Positions 63,588 through 64,000 of a stretch of 64,000 nucleotides of DNA are shown piece after piece. This DNA is from Candidatus Daviesbacteria bacterium. Its GTDB lineage: Bacteria > Patescibacteriota > Microgenomatia > Daviesbacterales > UBA10151. The DNA lies in contig JACPDA010000005.1 of assembly GCA_016184225.1 (NCBI GenBank), forward strand, positions 3,590 through 67,589. Direction: 5' to 3'. Below the pieces are notes generated by a model. The model did not search any database. It was not told the DNA's origin and saw only the letters and a program-made list of their open reading frames with translations. Made by a program: the position numbers and the translations under genes. Within the stretch, counting starts at the first letter, position 1; every line of letters starts with the position of its first letter.

Positions 63588-64000
63588 ATGGCATCCAAGG
63601 TTTTTAAATTAATTGCTGAAGAAGCCCGTCGTCAAAAGTATGGCTTGGAGATGATCCCTTCTGAAAATTATGTATCTTCTAATGTGTTAAGAGCCCTAGG
63701 TTCCATACTTACCAACAAATACTCGGAAGGTTTCCCTGGCAGAAGGTATTATGGTGGAAATGAGGTTATAGATAAGATAGAAAACTATGCTCAAGATTTA
63801 GCCAAAAAATTATTCGGTGTTCCTGTTGCGCTGGTTCAATCCTATTCCGGATCTCCTGCTAATATGGCAATAACCATGGCAGTTTGTAATCCCAGAGATA
63901 TAGTCATGGGACTTTCATTATCTTCCGGCGGGCATTTAACTCACGGCGCTCATTTAAGCTTCTCCAGTATTTTTTATACGGCTGTTAATTACTCGGTTGG
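63588..64000 (+). CDS. glyA: Serine hydroxymethyltransferase (3' partial; absent from the ORF track)
   Basis: Manual translation 'LEMIPSENY...LTNKYSEGFPGRRYYGGNE...QSYSGSPAN...GGHLTHG'. Confidence 0.95.
   Translation, partial: MASKVFKLIAEEARRQKYGLEMIPSENYVSSNVLRALGSILTNKYSEGFPGRRYYGGNEVIDKIENYAQDLAKKLFGVPVALVQSYSGSPANMAITMAVCNPRDIVMGLSLSSGGHLTHGAHLSFSSIFYTAVNYSV

Overview
64 kb of a reduced-genome bacterium, most consistent with a Candidate Phyla Radiation/Patescibacteria (Microgenomates-like) chromosome. This placement is inferred from gene content and style, not from a search. The housekeeping scaffold is secE-nusG-rplK-rplA, tRNA-Trp/Thr/Thr, rpmG, rpmB, def-fmt, mreB...mreC-mreD-mrdA, dprA, topA, pyrG-tmk-dcd-dcd/dut-thyA-folA, rpsB-tsf-frr-rseP, proS, tig, rpsU, ybeY, dnaX and partial glyA. 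TA modules, pyrD/pyrE/pyrF, a carB relic and ORFans are interspersed. The most striking signals are repeats. (1) Four four-helix-bundle (IVS/Avd-like) genes each sit between inverted arms of degenerate short tandem repeats, mostly 7-mers, with a different unit per paralog. The same kind of arms recur as gene-less MITE-like units between a host TAG stop and the next ATG, and as arrays translated inside essential proteins. (2) Three PaaX/Cas2-like genes are each bracketed by their own 35-36 bp palindromic direct repeat, with possible orphan sites elsewhere. (3) REP/RPE-like palindromes are inserted in frame in many proteins. Also present are a T-box with a very short Stem I before GNAT-proS, a probable 6S RNA, a duplicated tRNA-Thr 5' half carrying a 79-nt structured insertion, a VapBC cassette between perfect 30-bp direct repeats, and a poly-G-frameshifted radical SAM gene.
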